From Chloroflexota bacterium (lineage in GTDB: Bacteria; Chloroflexota; Anaerolineae; Anaerolineales; UBA4823): a stretch of 42,046 nucleotides of DNA. Numbering within the stretch: the stretch's first letter is position 1; each line of letters opens with the position of its first letter. Both the position numbers and the translations under genes were made by a program. Where the stretch lies: contig JAAZNS010000037.1 of the NCBI GenBank assembly GCA_012798185.1, positions 1 to 42,046 on the forward strand. Direction: 5' to 3'. Below, piece after piece: positions 26,836 through 34,450 of the stretch. The notes below the pieces were generated by a model, which worked only from the letters and a program-made list of their open reading frames with translations, did not search any database and was not told where the DNA came from.

Positions 26836-28820
26836 CCTTTGTATATAAAGGATATGGCGGGTCATACCTGAGGGTTAATCTAACGACGCGCCAGATCAAT
26901 AAATTTCCTCTAGCCAATGAGTGGGTGGAAAATTTCCTGGGCGGCAATGGCATCGGGACGAAAATTCTTTGGGATGAAGTTCCCGAAATAGCCAGTCCGC
27001 TTGGTCCAGATAACAAGTTGATTATTGCAACCGGACCATTATGCGGAAGCCCCATGCCCAACTCGGGCAGGGTGGAATTTATTGCGAAATCGCCGCTTAC
27101 CGGCATATACGGCGACGCCAATGCCGGCGGTCAATTCGGTCCCGAACTCAAAAGCGCTGGTTATGATGTGATCATTTTCGAAGGTCAATCTGATGAACCG
27201 GTTTATCTGGATATTCATGATGACGACGTAGCACTGCGTTCAGCTGAGGAGTTATGGGGATTGGGCACCTTCGAAGCCGAGGCGCGCCTGCAAGCCATTC
27301 ATAAAGATTCGCGTCTTAAAACTGCGCTGATTGGTCCCGCCGGAGAAAATCTGGTGCGCTTTGCCGGTATACAGGTCAGTTACCGCCGCAGTGCGGCGCG
27401 CTGTGGTTTGGGGGCGGTGATGGGTTCCAAGAAATTAAAGGGTGTGGCAGTGCGTGGTACAAAAGGGATTGCCTTTAGCTGTCCCCAAGAGCTTGAAGAG
27501 TTATCCCTGGAGATGCATAAAAAACTCCGCCAAAATGAGTTTTTTGCCGGCATTCATCAATTTGGCACCTCCGGTCTGGTAGCCCTGATGCAGCCTATTG
27601 GACGTTTCCCCACCCAAAATTTCCGCCTGGGTCATTTCGAGGGTTTTGAAGCCATTTCCGGCGAAGTATTGCGGGAAGAGCATCTGGTAAAAGATATCGC
27701 TTGTTTCAACTGCCCGCTGGGTTGCGACAAGATGTATTCTGTGATATCGGGTGAATTTGCTGGCTGCCGTATTTCCAGTGTTGAATATGAAACCCTTAAC
27801 GCTCTGGGGGCGCGCGTCTGCAATCGAAATCTACCTGCTCTGCTGAAAGCCAACGAAATCTGTGATGATCTGGGTTTGGATACAATCTCAGCTGGGAACA
27901 CTATCGCCTTTGCTATGGAACTGGCAGATTTTGGTATTTGGAATGCCAATGAGTTAAATGGATTAGATTTAAGCTGGGGGAACTACCACAGCATACTCCA
28001 GCTGCTGCATGATATGGCATACCGGCAGGGTTTTCTGGGCGACCTGTTGGCAGATGGCGCTGCCCGGGCAGCAAAATGGCTGGGACGCAATGCCGATCGT
28101 TACGCCATGCATGTAAAAGGTCAGGATATCCCTGCCCAGGATGGGCGCGCTCAGCAATCAATGGGATTGGCGCATGTCACCTCGTCACGCGGGGCAGATC
28201 ATCTAAAAGCTTTTCCTACTATCGATGAAACAGGTTACCCCAGTGAAGCCGTGCGCCGTTATGGCGATCAATACCTGCCCGAGCTGGTCGATCCTCTGGC
28301 AACTAAATATAAAGCCATGCTGGTGAAGGATGGTGAAGATTTTGGCGCTGTTGTCGATTCGAGCGGCAACTGTAAATCTGGGGGCACTTTTGTCATGGCA
28401 GAAATTTACTGGCAGGAGCAAGCCGATGCCATCGCTGCCGCCACAGGCATGCTGATGACCAGCAGGAATCTCCGCTGCATTGGTGAAAGGATTTATAATC
28501 TTCAGCGCTGTTATAATGCAATTCACGGCATCACTTCTGCTGACGATGTGCTGCCATGGCGGTTCACGCAAGCACCATCGCCTTCTGGCAATGCCCGCGG
28601 CAGTGTTTGCCGATTGGATCTTATGCTTCCAGATTATTATGCTGCCCGCGGCTGGAATCCGGAAGATGGTTTGCCAACTCAAGCTACCCTGCAACGTCTT
28701 GGACTTGATCAGGCTTGGAAATATATGCAGCAAATAATCAATTCCGGAAAAGCCAAAATCATTCGCTCTCAGCTTGGCTGGGCGGAACCATACACCAAAA
28801 AAATGGTCGAGCAAGAATGA
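26832..28820 (+). CDS. AOR-family tungsto/molybdopterin enzyme, paralog 2 (AorB-like)
   Basis: I start at the ATG at 26832, which has GGAGGG 4 nt upstream and an ATGA overlap with the ferredoxin stop, rather than the track start 26772. Motifs are CFNCPLGC, DSSGNC and GLAHVTSSRGADHL. 662 aa. Confidence 0.9.
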   Translation: MTFVYKGYGGSYLRVNLTTRQINKFPLANEWVENFLGGNGIGTKILWDEVPEIASPLGPDNKLIIATGPLCGSPMPNSGRVEFIAKSPLTGIYGDANAGGQFGPELKSAGYDVIIFEGQSDEPVYLDIHDDDVALRSAEELWGLGTFEAEARLQAIHKDSRLKTALIGPAGENLVRFAGIQVSYRRSAARCGLGAVMGSKKLKGVAVRGTKGIAFSCPQELEELSLEMHKKLRQNEFFAGIHQFGTSGLVALMQPIGRFPTQNFRLGHFEGFEAISGEVLREEHLVKDIACFNCPLGCDKMYSVISGEFAGCRISSVEYETLNALGARVCNRNLPALLKANEICDDLGLDTISAGNTIAFAMELADFGIWNANELNGLDLSWGNYHSILQLLHDMAYRQGFLGDLLADGAARAAKWLGRNADRYAMHVKGQDIPAQDGRAQQSMGLAHVTSSRGADHLKAFPTIDETGYPSEAVRRYGDQYLPELVDPLATKYKAMLVKDGEDFGAVVDSSGNCKSGGTFVMAEIYWQEQADAIAAATGMLMTSRNLRCIGERIYNLQRCYNAIHGITSADDVLPWRFTQAPSPSGNARGSVCRLDLMLPDYYAARGWNPEDGLPTQATLQRLGLDQAWKYMQQIINSGKAKIIRSQLGWAEPYTKKMVEQE

Positions 28821-29098
28821 TCACTGTTACCGTGAAATTATTCAATTTATTAGCGATTTACGCAGGCATAAAAACACAATCCTTCGATCTTGCCGAAGGG
28901 ATAACTATCAAACAATTGCTTGAACGTATGGTCCATGAGTACCCGGCCCCATTTAAAGATATGATATACCATCACGAAAAAATCAACCCCCATTTGCGCA
29001 TTTTTTTGAACGAGCATTTACTTAATGAAAGCGAACTCGATGCAGCACTTTCGGATGGAGATAAACTGATGCTCTTTCCTGCCATTGCCGGAGGATAA
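28817..29098 (+). CDS. MoaD/ThiS-family ubiquitin-like small protein with C-terminal Gly-Gly
   Basis: 93 aa starting MITVTVKLF and ending PAIAGG-stop. ATGA overlap with the AOR2 stop. The track start 28715 is an in-frame upstream extension inside AOR2. Confidence 0.75.
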   Translation: MITVTVKLFNLLAIYAGIKTQSFDLAEGITIKQLLERMVHEYPAPFKDMIYHHEKINPHLRIFLNEHLLNESELDAALSDGDKLMLFPAIAGG

Positions 29099-29103
29099 AT
29101 GCC

Positions 29104-30426
29104 ATGATCAACCGCATCATCCTTCCCGAATGGCTGATTACGAGTGGTTTGGAAAAACCACAGCAAAAGCGGGGAATACGCCTCTGTGGCGACAAAATTG
29201 CCGATATCGATGCAAACGAAGCATTGCAGCGCAAATATCCCCATGATGAAATCTGGCTGGCATCGGGGCAGGTGCTTAGCCCAGGGTTTGTAAACAGCCA
29301 CACCCACCTGTATGGTGTGCTGGCGCATGGCATTCCCTTACACAACGCCCCCGAAGGCTTTTGGCACTTTCTCAAAGATTTCTGGTGGCTGCAGGTTGAA
29401 GACCGTCTGGATCACGCCATGATCCGGGCTGCAGCAGATTGGCAATGCGCACTAATGCTGCGCAGCGGCATCACTTCGTTTTATGATTGTCTGGAAGCCC
29501 CCAATGCCATTCCAGGATGTCTCAATGTGATTAAAGACGTGGTCGAAAGACATGGATTACGAGCCATCCTATCCTTCGAAGCCACCGAGCGGATAAGCGC
29601 TAATAATGGGCAGCTTGGGCTTTCGGAAAACGAACAATTTATCAAGGACTGTCAAAAATTCCCCAGCCTGGTTTCAGGAATGATGTGTTTCCATACCACA
29701 TTTACCTGTTCGGCAGATTTCATCCGCCAGGCATTCCATATTGCCAACACCCTGGATGCCAGCGTGCATATGCACTGCTCCGAAGGAGCATACGAACCGG
29801 CGTATGCCTTGGAGCATTTTGGAATGCGCCCTATTCAATATTATGAGAAGCTGGGTGTACTAAGAGAAAATATGCTGGCTTCTCAATGCGTTCACCTGGA
29901 CAATGAGGAGATTGCGCTGATCGCAAAAAGAGGCGGGCGTGTCGCCCATATGCCGCTCTCCAATTGCGAGGTGGGTGGCGGTATTGCTCCCGTTCCACAA
30001 ATGATCGCTGCGAATATCACCCTGGGCTTGGGCAGCGACAGCTATATCGATGATTTCTTCGAGGTCATGCGCGGAGCATTTTTAATTCATAAAGCCAGCC
30101 AGCAAGATCCCCGTATCATGCCTGCTAACCTGGTATGGCATTTGGCAACCGAAGGCGGCGCCAAAGCTTTGGGGCTGGATAAAGTAGGCAGGATCGAACC
30201 GGGCTGGCACGCTGATTTGCAATTAATCGAGCTTGATTTTCCCACACCCGTCGAAGATTGGAATATTTTCGATCAGCTGCTGCTATATGGCAATCGGTTT
30301 TCAGTAAAAAGTGTTTTCGTTAATGGAGAGCTGCTAGTGAAAGACGGATGCCTCCTACGCGTGAATGAGCAAGAAGTAAAAGAGACCTGCCGCATTCAGG
30401 CGCAAAGATTATGGGGTTCTCATTGA
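29104..30426 (+). CDS. COG0402-type amidohydrolase (SsnA/chlorohydrolase-like by eye)
   Basis: VNSHTHLYGVLAHG, MHCSEG, CVHL and LGSDSY motifs, 440 aa, GGAGGA RBS upstream. Confidence 0.8.
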   Translation: MINRIILPEWLITSGLEKPQQKRGIRLCGDKIADIDANEALQRKYPHDEIWLASGQVLSPGFVNSHTHLYGVLAHGIPLHNAPEGFWHFLKDFWWLQVEDRLDHAMIRAAADWQCALMLRSGITSFYDCLEAPNAIPGCLNVIKDVVERHGLRAILSFEATERISANNGQLGLSENEQFIKDCQKFPSLVSGMMCFHTTFTCSADFIRQAFHIANTLDASVHMHCSEGAYEPAYALEHFGMRPIQYYEKLGVLRENMLASQCVHLDNEEIALIAKRGGRVAHMPLSNCEVGGGIAPVPQMIAANITLGLGSDSYIDDFFEVMRGAFLIHKASQQDPRIMPANLVWHLATEGGAKALGLDKVGRIEPGWHADLQLIELDFPTPVEDWNIFDQLLLYGNRFSVKSVFVNGELLVKDGCLLRVNEQEVKETCRIQAQRLWGSH

Positions 30427-30432
30427 CCGGGT

Positions 30433-31170
30433 ATGCCTCCTGCTAACGATTATCCTACCCTTTACCACGCCCACCATAATCGTCAACTTGAAGATCTCCC
30501 TTTTTGGCTGCATTTGGCAAAACAGCTTGGAAGCCCCATCCTCGAACTGGGCTGCGGCACCGGTCGCATCTTTACACCCATACACAGAGCCGGATATCGG
30601 ATTACCGGCATCGATCATGATCCCGTCATGCTGGCATATTTACTTCAAAACTGGGTTGCGCATGAGCCACCGGATCTCATCCAGGCAGAGATGACTGACT
30701 TTGCTCTGGCGCCGGTTTTCCGTCTGGTGATCTTACCCTGCAACACTTACAGTACACTGCAAGCAGCACAGCGCCAACAAACATTGAAATGCGTTCGGCG
30801 CTGCCTGCTGGCTGGAGGGGTGTTTGCCATCAGCATGCCCAATCCCAATATACTAAAACGCCTACCAACTGAATCTACTTCCGAAATTGAAGATATTTTT
30901 GCTCACCCGAATGATGGCGAACCGGTTCAGGTAAGCAGCGCCTGGCAAAGAGAATTATTAACCTTTTCATTGACCTGGCACTATGATCACTTGTTACCCG
31001 ATGGGCATGTAGAAAGAACCACCGCACACTCCCGCCAATTCATGGAGGACTTGAATAATTATATGCAGGAATTTCACCAGGCAGGTTTCAGCGATGTGAA
31101 AGTCTTTGGCAATTTCGATAAAACCCCTTATGACGACGATTCTCCAGGTTTGATATTTACTGCCCGATAA
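30433..31170 (+). CDS. class I SAM-dependent methyltransferase
   Basis: Motif I LELGCGTGRI followed by GIDHD, 245 aa, 6-nt gap after the upstream gene. Confidence 0.8.
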   Translation: MPPANDYPTLYHAHHNRQLEDLPFWLHLAKQLGSPILELGCGTGRIFTPIHRAGYRITGIDHDPVMLAYLLQNWVAHEPPDLIQAEMTDFALAPVFRLVILPCNTYSTLQAAQRQQTLKCVRRCLLAGGVFAISMPNPNILKRLPTESTSEIEDIFAHPNDGEPVQVSSAWQRELLTFSLTWHYDHLLPDGHVERTTAHSRQFMEDLNNYMQEFHQAGFSDVKVFGNFDKTPYDDDSPGLIFTAR

Positions 31171-31313
31171 GATTCCCCGCGAATCAATCCCCAGCAATCA
31201 ACCAGCCTTCGAATAAGTGTGTTGAAAATTGAAAAGCGTCCATTTAGAGATGAGATTTACCCTTTATTTTTCAAACAAAGTACTTTCAACGGTTTTCTTG
31301 TAATGCTCTCTCC

Positions 31314-31354
31314 TTGTTAGAAATTCATCAGATTTTTTCTCCCCTTTCTAACAA
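31314..31354. promoter_or_regulatory. inverted repeat TTGTTAGAAA-N21-TTTCTAACAA upstream of hsp20, candidate operator or RNA hairpin
   Basis: Perfect 10-bp arms read from the sequence, about 120 nt upstream of the hsp20 ATG. Confidence 0.35.
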
Positions 31355-31470
31355 AAAATCTATATTGCTTTGATATGCCTCTGATGTTGTTATTGTAAGA
31401 TACGGGTAAATATCAAATATAGGATAAATATCATCTTTATTAGTAAATCAATAACCAGAGGAGATAACCC

Positions 31471-31896
31471 ATGACCGTATATCTAACCCCCTATCGAAGA
31501 ATGTACAATCTTCGCGAAGCGATGAATCGGCTTTTCGAAGATAATATCGGAGAAGCCGCCTCAGAACGAGAAATGCTTCTGGCGATGGATATCACTGGCA
31601 GCGAAGATGCCTACGAAATCACCGCCTTTGTGCCTGGTTTGGATGCCGAGGACGTGAATATTGAGATTATCAATAATACCGTTAACATCCGTGGTGAGTT
31701 TACTTCCGAAGAGAAAAAGGATGTCCAAATTCTATCCTGCGAGCTGCCCAGCGGACGCTTTAGCCGGGTAGTAACTTTACCCACCGCATTAGATCCAGCT
31801 AAAGCTGAAGCCAATATCAAAAATGGCGTTCTCACATTACGCATCCCAAAAGCGGAAGCAGCCCGTCCAAAAGCTATAAAAGTCAAAGCTGGATAA
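31471..31896 (+). CDS. Hsp20/alpha-crystallin family small heat-shock protein
   Basis: 141 aa with an alpha-crystallin domain pattern (AYEITAFVPGLDAEDVNIEI...GVLTLRIPK). RBS GAGGAG upstream. Confidence 0.9.
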   Translation: MTVYLTPYRRMYNLREAMNRLFEDNIGEAASEREMLLAMDITGSEDAYEITAFVPGLDAEDVNIEIINNTVNIRGEFTSEEKKDVQILSCELPSGRFSRVVTLPTALDPAKAEANIKNGVLTLRIPKAEAARPKAIKVKAG

Positions 31897-31971
31897 CGCT
31901 GAAATACCTATGAGAAGGCTCTTACAACCAAATATGAAGTGATATCTCAAGTATATCGATGCAAATTGGAG

Positions 31972-32028
31972 AAAAAGTCATCACTGCGAAATAATCAAGA
32001 ATATTATCCCCCGTGGTGATGACTTTTT
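31972..32028 (+). terminator. possible hsp20 terminator/processing hairpin (13-bp stem AAAAAGTCATCAC/GTGATGACTTTTT, 31-nt loop)
   Basis: Perfect complementarity read from the sequence. The long loop and the U-run lying inside the stem make it atypical. Confidence 0.3.
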
Positions 32029-32129
32029 ATTCGAACGCCAGGGAAATATTCAATAAATTCGCTTACATCTCCACAGGTTTTCATAATATACTTGAGAGAG
32101 CTTCACACAAAATCAAACGGGAAGCAAAT

Positions 32130-32855
32130 ATGCTGCCGATACGTGACTCGGTTCATTCCTACACTTTTTCTGTAATCAACTGGTTAATCATCGCATTAAA
32201 TACGGTTGTTTTTCTCATTGAAATCAACTTATCGCCTGTTGCCCTAAACCGATTTATTCAGATATTTGCTCTCACCCCGGCAAATTTACATCTCAACGAT
32301 CCAACGACATTATTTAGCAATCCCATGTTGTTGATTCCGCTGATCACGCATATGTTCCTGCATGGCGGATGGTTCCATTTCTTGAGCAATATGTGGATCT
32401 TGTTTATTTTTGGGGACAATGTAGAAGACCGCATGGGATCGATCCGCTATCTTATTTTTTATCTGGCAGGTGGCGTTGTTGCAGGCGCTTTACAAACTTT
32501 TGTTTCTCCCTTTAGCGAAATACCCTCGTTAGGCGCCAGCGGTGCTATCGCAACAGTATTAGGCGCATACTTTCTGCTATATCCACGGGCACGGGTGACC
32601 ACTTTAATTCCTATGATATTTGTACCCTGGTTTGTAGAGATTCCTGCCGTCATTTACCTGGGATTCTGGTTTGTATCTCAACTTTTTTCTGGGATTGCTT
32701 CTTTAGGAGCAGCTAATGCTGCCAACATGGGTGGTGTGGCTTGGTTTGCCCATATTGGCGGTTTTGTATTCGGGTTGCTATTTGCCCGTATTTTTATTCC
32801 CCGCCGTCACCCGGCTTTCCTTCGCCAATTCCCCGACGAATATTACCCATGGTAG
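32130..32855 (+). CDS. rhomboid-family intramembrane serine protease
   Basis: Started at MLPIRDS. Motifs are HGGWFHFLSNM (H..N), GASGAI (catalytic Ser) and AHIGGF (catalytic His). The track start 32013 is a non-ATG extension. Confidence 0.85.
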   Translation: MLPIRDSVHSYTFSVINWLIIALNTVVFLIEINLSPVALNRFIQIFALTPANLHLNDPTTLFSNPMLLIPLITHMFLHGGWFHFLSNMWILFIFGDNVEDRMGSIRYLIFYLAGGVVAGALQTFVSPFSEIPSLGASGAIATVLGAYFLLYPRARVTTLIPMIFVPWFVEIPAVIYLGFWFVSQLFSGIASLGAANAANMGGVAWFAHIGGFVFGLLFARIFIPRRHPAFLRQFPDEYYPW

Positions 32856-32874
32856 CCAGGTTTGGGAGGTTTTT

Positions 32875-33720
32875 ATGGATTTTACTTTTCTACTCATGCT
32901 TTTTTTGATCATATCCTCATTGCAGCCGGTGATCCGTCAAAAAATACTAGAAGCAAACCGCACCAAGATGTTGCGCACCCTGGAAGCCAAACGCGGATCG
33001 CGGGTTATTGCCTTGATCCACCGCCAGGAAAGGTTATCCTTTTTAGGTTTTCCGCTGGCGCGCTATATTGATATTAATGATTCGGAAGAATTACTGCGGG
33101 CGATTAAGCTGACCGACCCAAAAATCCCCATCGATTTAATCCTGCACACGCCAGGAGGATTGGTGCTTGCAGCCGAACAAATTGCCACGGCACTGTGCCG
33201 CCATACAGCCAAGGTCACCGTGTTTATTCCTCATTATGCAATGTCGGGCGGCACATTAATCGCCCTGGCAGCCGATGAAATCGTTATGGATGAAAACGCT
33301 GTTTTAGGACCCGTTGACCCACAGTTAGGACAACACCCTGCTGTATCCATTCTTGCTGTATTAGATCAAAAGAACATCGATAAAGTCGATGATGAAACAC
33401 TCATCCAGGCAGATATGGCACGCAAAGCCCTGCGCCAGGTAAAAGATACCGTAAAACGCATCGTGAGCGAACGTATGACAGAAGAAGCTGCCGAAAACCT
33501 GGCAGAAATCATGACCAGCGGACGATGGACGCATGATTATCCAATTTCTGTAGAAGAAGCCCGCCAGTTAGGTCTGCCAATTAACACCGATGTCCCCACC
33601 GAAGTGTATCAGCTTATGAATTTATTCCCCCAAGCGGGCGGAGGCAGGCCGACTGTGGAATATATTCCAGTCCCCTACCGCGAACATCAGCCCGCCCCGC
33701 GGAGTAAAAATGTGTCGTAA
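32875..33720 (+). CDS. SDH-family (ClpP-fold) membrane-anchored serine protease
   Basis: Start at ATG 32875 with GGAGG at 32865-32869. There is an N-terminal TM, then RGSRVIALIHRQE...ILHTPGGLVLAAEQIA...YAMSGGTLIALAADEIVM, typical of the serine dehydrogenase proteinase family. The track start 32716 overlaps the rhomboid gene. Confidence 0.8.
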   Translation: MDFTFLLMLFLIISSLQPVIRQKILEANRTKMLRTLEAKRGSRVIALIHRQERLSFLGFPLARYIDINDSEELLRAIKLTDPKIPIDLILHTPGGLVLAAEQIATALCRHTAKVTVFIPHYAMSGGTLIALAADEIVMDENAVLGPVDPQLGQHPAVSILAVLDQKNIDKVDDETLIQADMARKALRQVKDTVKRIVSERMTEEAAENLAEIMTSGRWTHDYPISVEEARQLGLPINTDVPTEVYQLMNLFPQAGGGRPTVEYIPVPYREHQPAPRSKNVS

Positions 33721-33753
33721 TTCTTGTTCATTTGCGATCTGAGGAGATATAAG

Positions 33754-34365
33754 ATGGATCAAACTGATCAAACCCCGGAACAGGGACCAGCAGATACCAC
33801 ATCTACAGCGGAACAAGCCCTGAAAAAAGAAAGCCGGATTGGTAATTTTCTGAAAACTGCCACGCGCTGGCTTTTCGGTTTGCTTATTGTGTTTGGGCTG
33901 GGTGCCCTGGCGGTTATTTTTCTGCTGTATTCCCCCACCCGGCAGACTTTACAGCAAACCCAGGCAGACCTGGAAACCGCCAGACAAAAAATTACCGACC
34001 TGGAAAGCCAGGTGCAAAAGATGGCTGCCCTTGAAACTCAAAATGCATCGCTAAAAAAGGAAGTCGATTCCAGTGTTTTACATATTAAATTATTGACCGT
34101 GCTGGCAGATGTGGATACGGCACGAGTGGCACTGGCAGAGAAAGATGCCCCTGCCGCCAAAACCGCTCTTACCAATACCGCTGCGACAATTAACCAAATA
34201 TCTACCCTGGCAGGCAGCAGCCAAAGTGAGGCAGTGAAATTTATTCAAGACCGCCTCAAGCTTGTCTTAAGCGAAATCGAGACCGACCCCGCCACTGCTC
34301 AAACCGATCTGGGCGTTTTGGCAGGAAAATTGATAGAACTCGAACAAGCTTTATTTAATAAATGA
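33754..34365 (+). CDS. single-pass membrane protein with long coiled-coil ectodomain, function unknown
   Basis: Start at MDQTDQ (RBS GAGGAG at 33741-33746). One TM (WLFGLLIVFGLGALAVIFLLY) is followed by a heptad-like Q/E/L/A-rich sequence. Confidence 0.6.
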   Translation: MDQTDQTPEQGPADTTSTAEQALKKESRIGNFLKTATRWLFGLLIVFGLGALAVIFLLYSPTRQTLQQTQADLETARQKITDLESQVQKMAALETQNASLKKEVDSSVLHIKLLTVLADVDTARVALAEKDAPAAKTALTNTAATINQISTLAGSSQSEAVKFIQDRLKLVLSEIETDPATAQTDLGVLAGKLIELEQALFNK

Positions 34366-34403
34366 TAAACAAATTCTAAGCCAGGCTTGCTGAATTTCTT
34401 AAT

Positions 34404-34444
34404 TTGAGGTATTTGCAGGTGCGGCACACCCGCAAATACCTCAA
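34404..34444. terminator. strong hairpin between convergent genes (17 paired positions, 1 mismatch, 5-nt loop), likely bidirectional terminator
   Basis: TTGAGGTATTTGCAGGTG / CACCCGCAAATACCTCAA read directly from the sequence. It sits between the stop at 34365 (+) and the stop at 34451 (-). Flanking U-runs are weak. Confidence 0.5.
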
Positions 34445-34450
34445 AACCCA

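Noticed and set aside
26323-26865. 180-aa minus-strand ORF
   Set aside because: It is antisense to the four-cluster ferredoxin gene, whose Cys motifs and ATGA coupling on both sides make the plus-strand reading secure.
28203-28814. 203-aa minus-strand ORF
   Set aside because: It is antisense to the C-terminal part of AOR paralog 2 and has no motifs.
28715-28816. Upstream extension of the MoaD-like ORF
   Set aside because: It lies inside the AOR2 coding region. The ATG at 28817 gives a typical ~90-aa beta-grasp-sized protein with ATGA coupling.
32716-32874. Upstream extension of the SDH-protease ORF overlapping the rhomboid 3' end
   Set aside because: A 140-nt overlap is implausible. The ATG at 32875 has GGAGG upstream and gives the expected N-terminal TM anchor.
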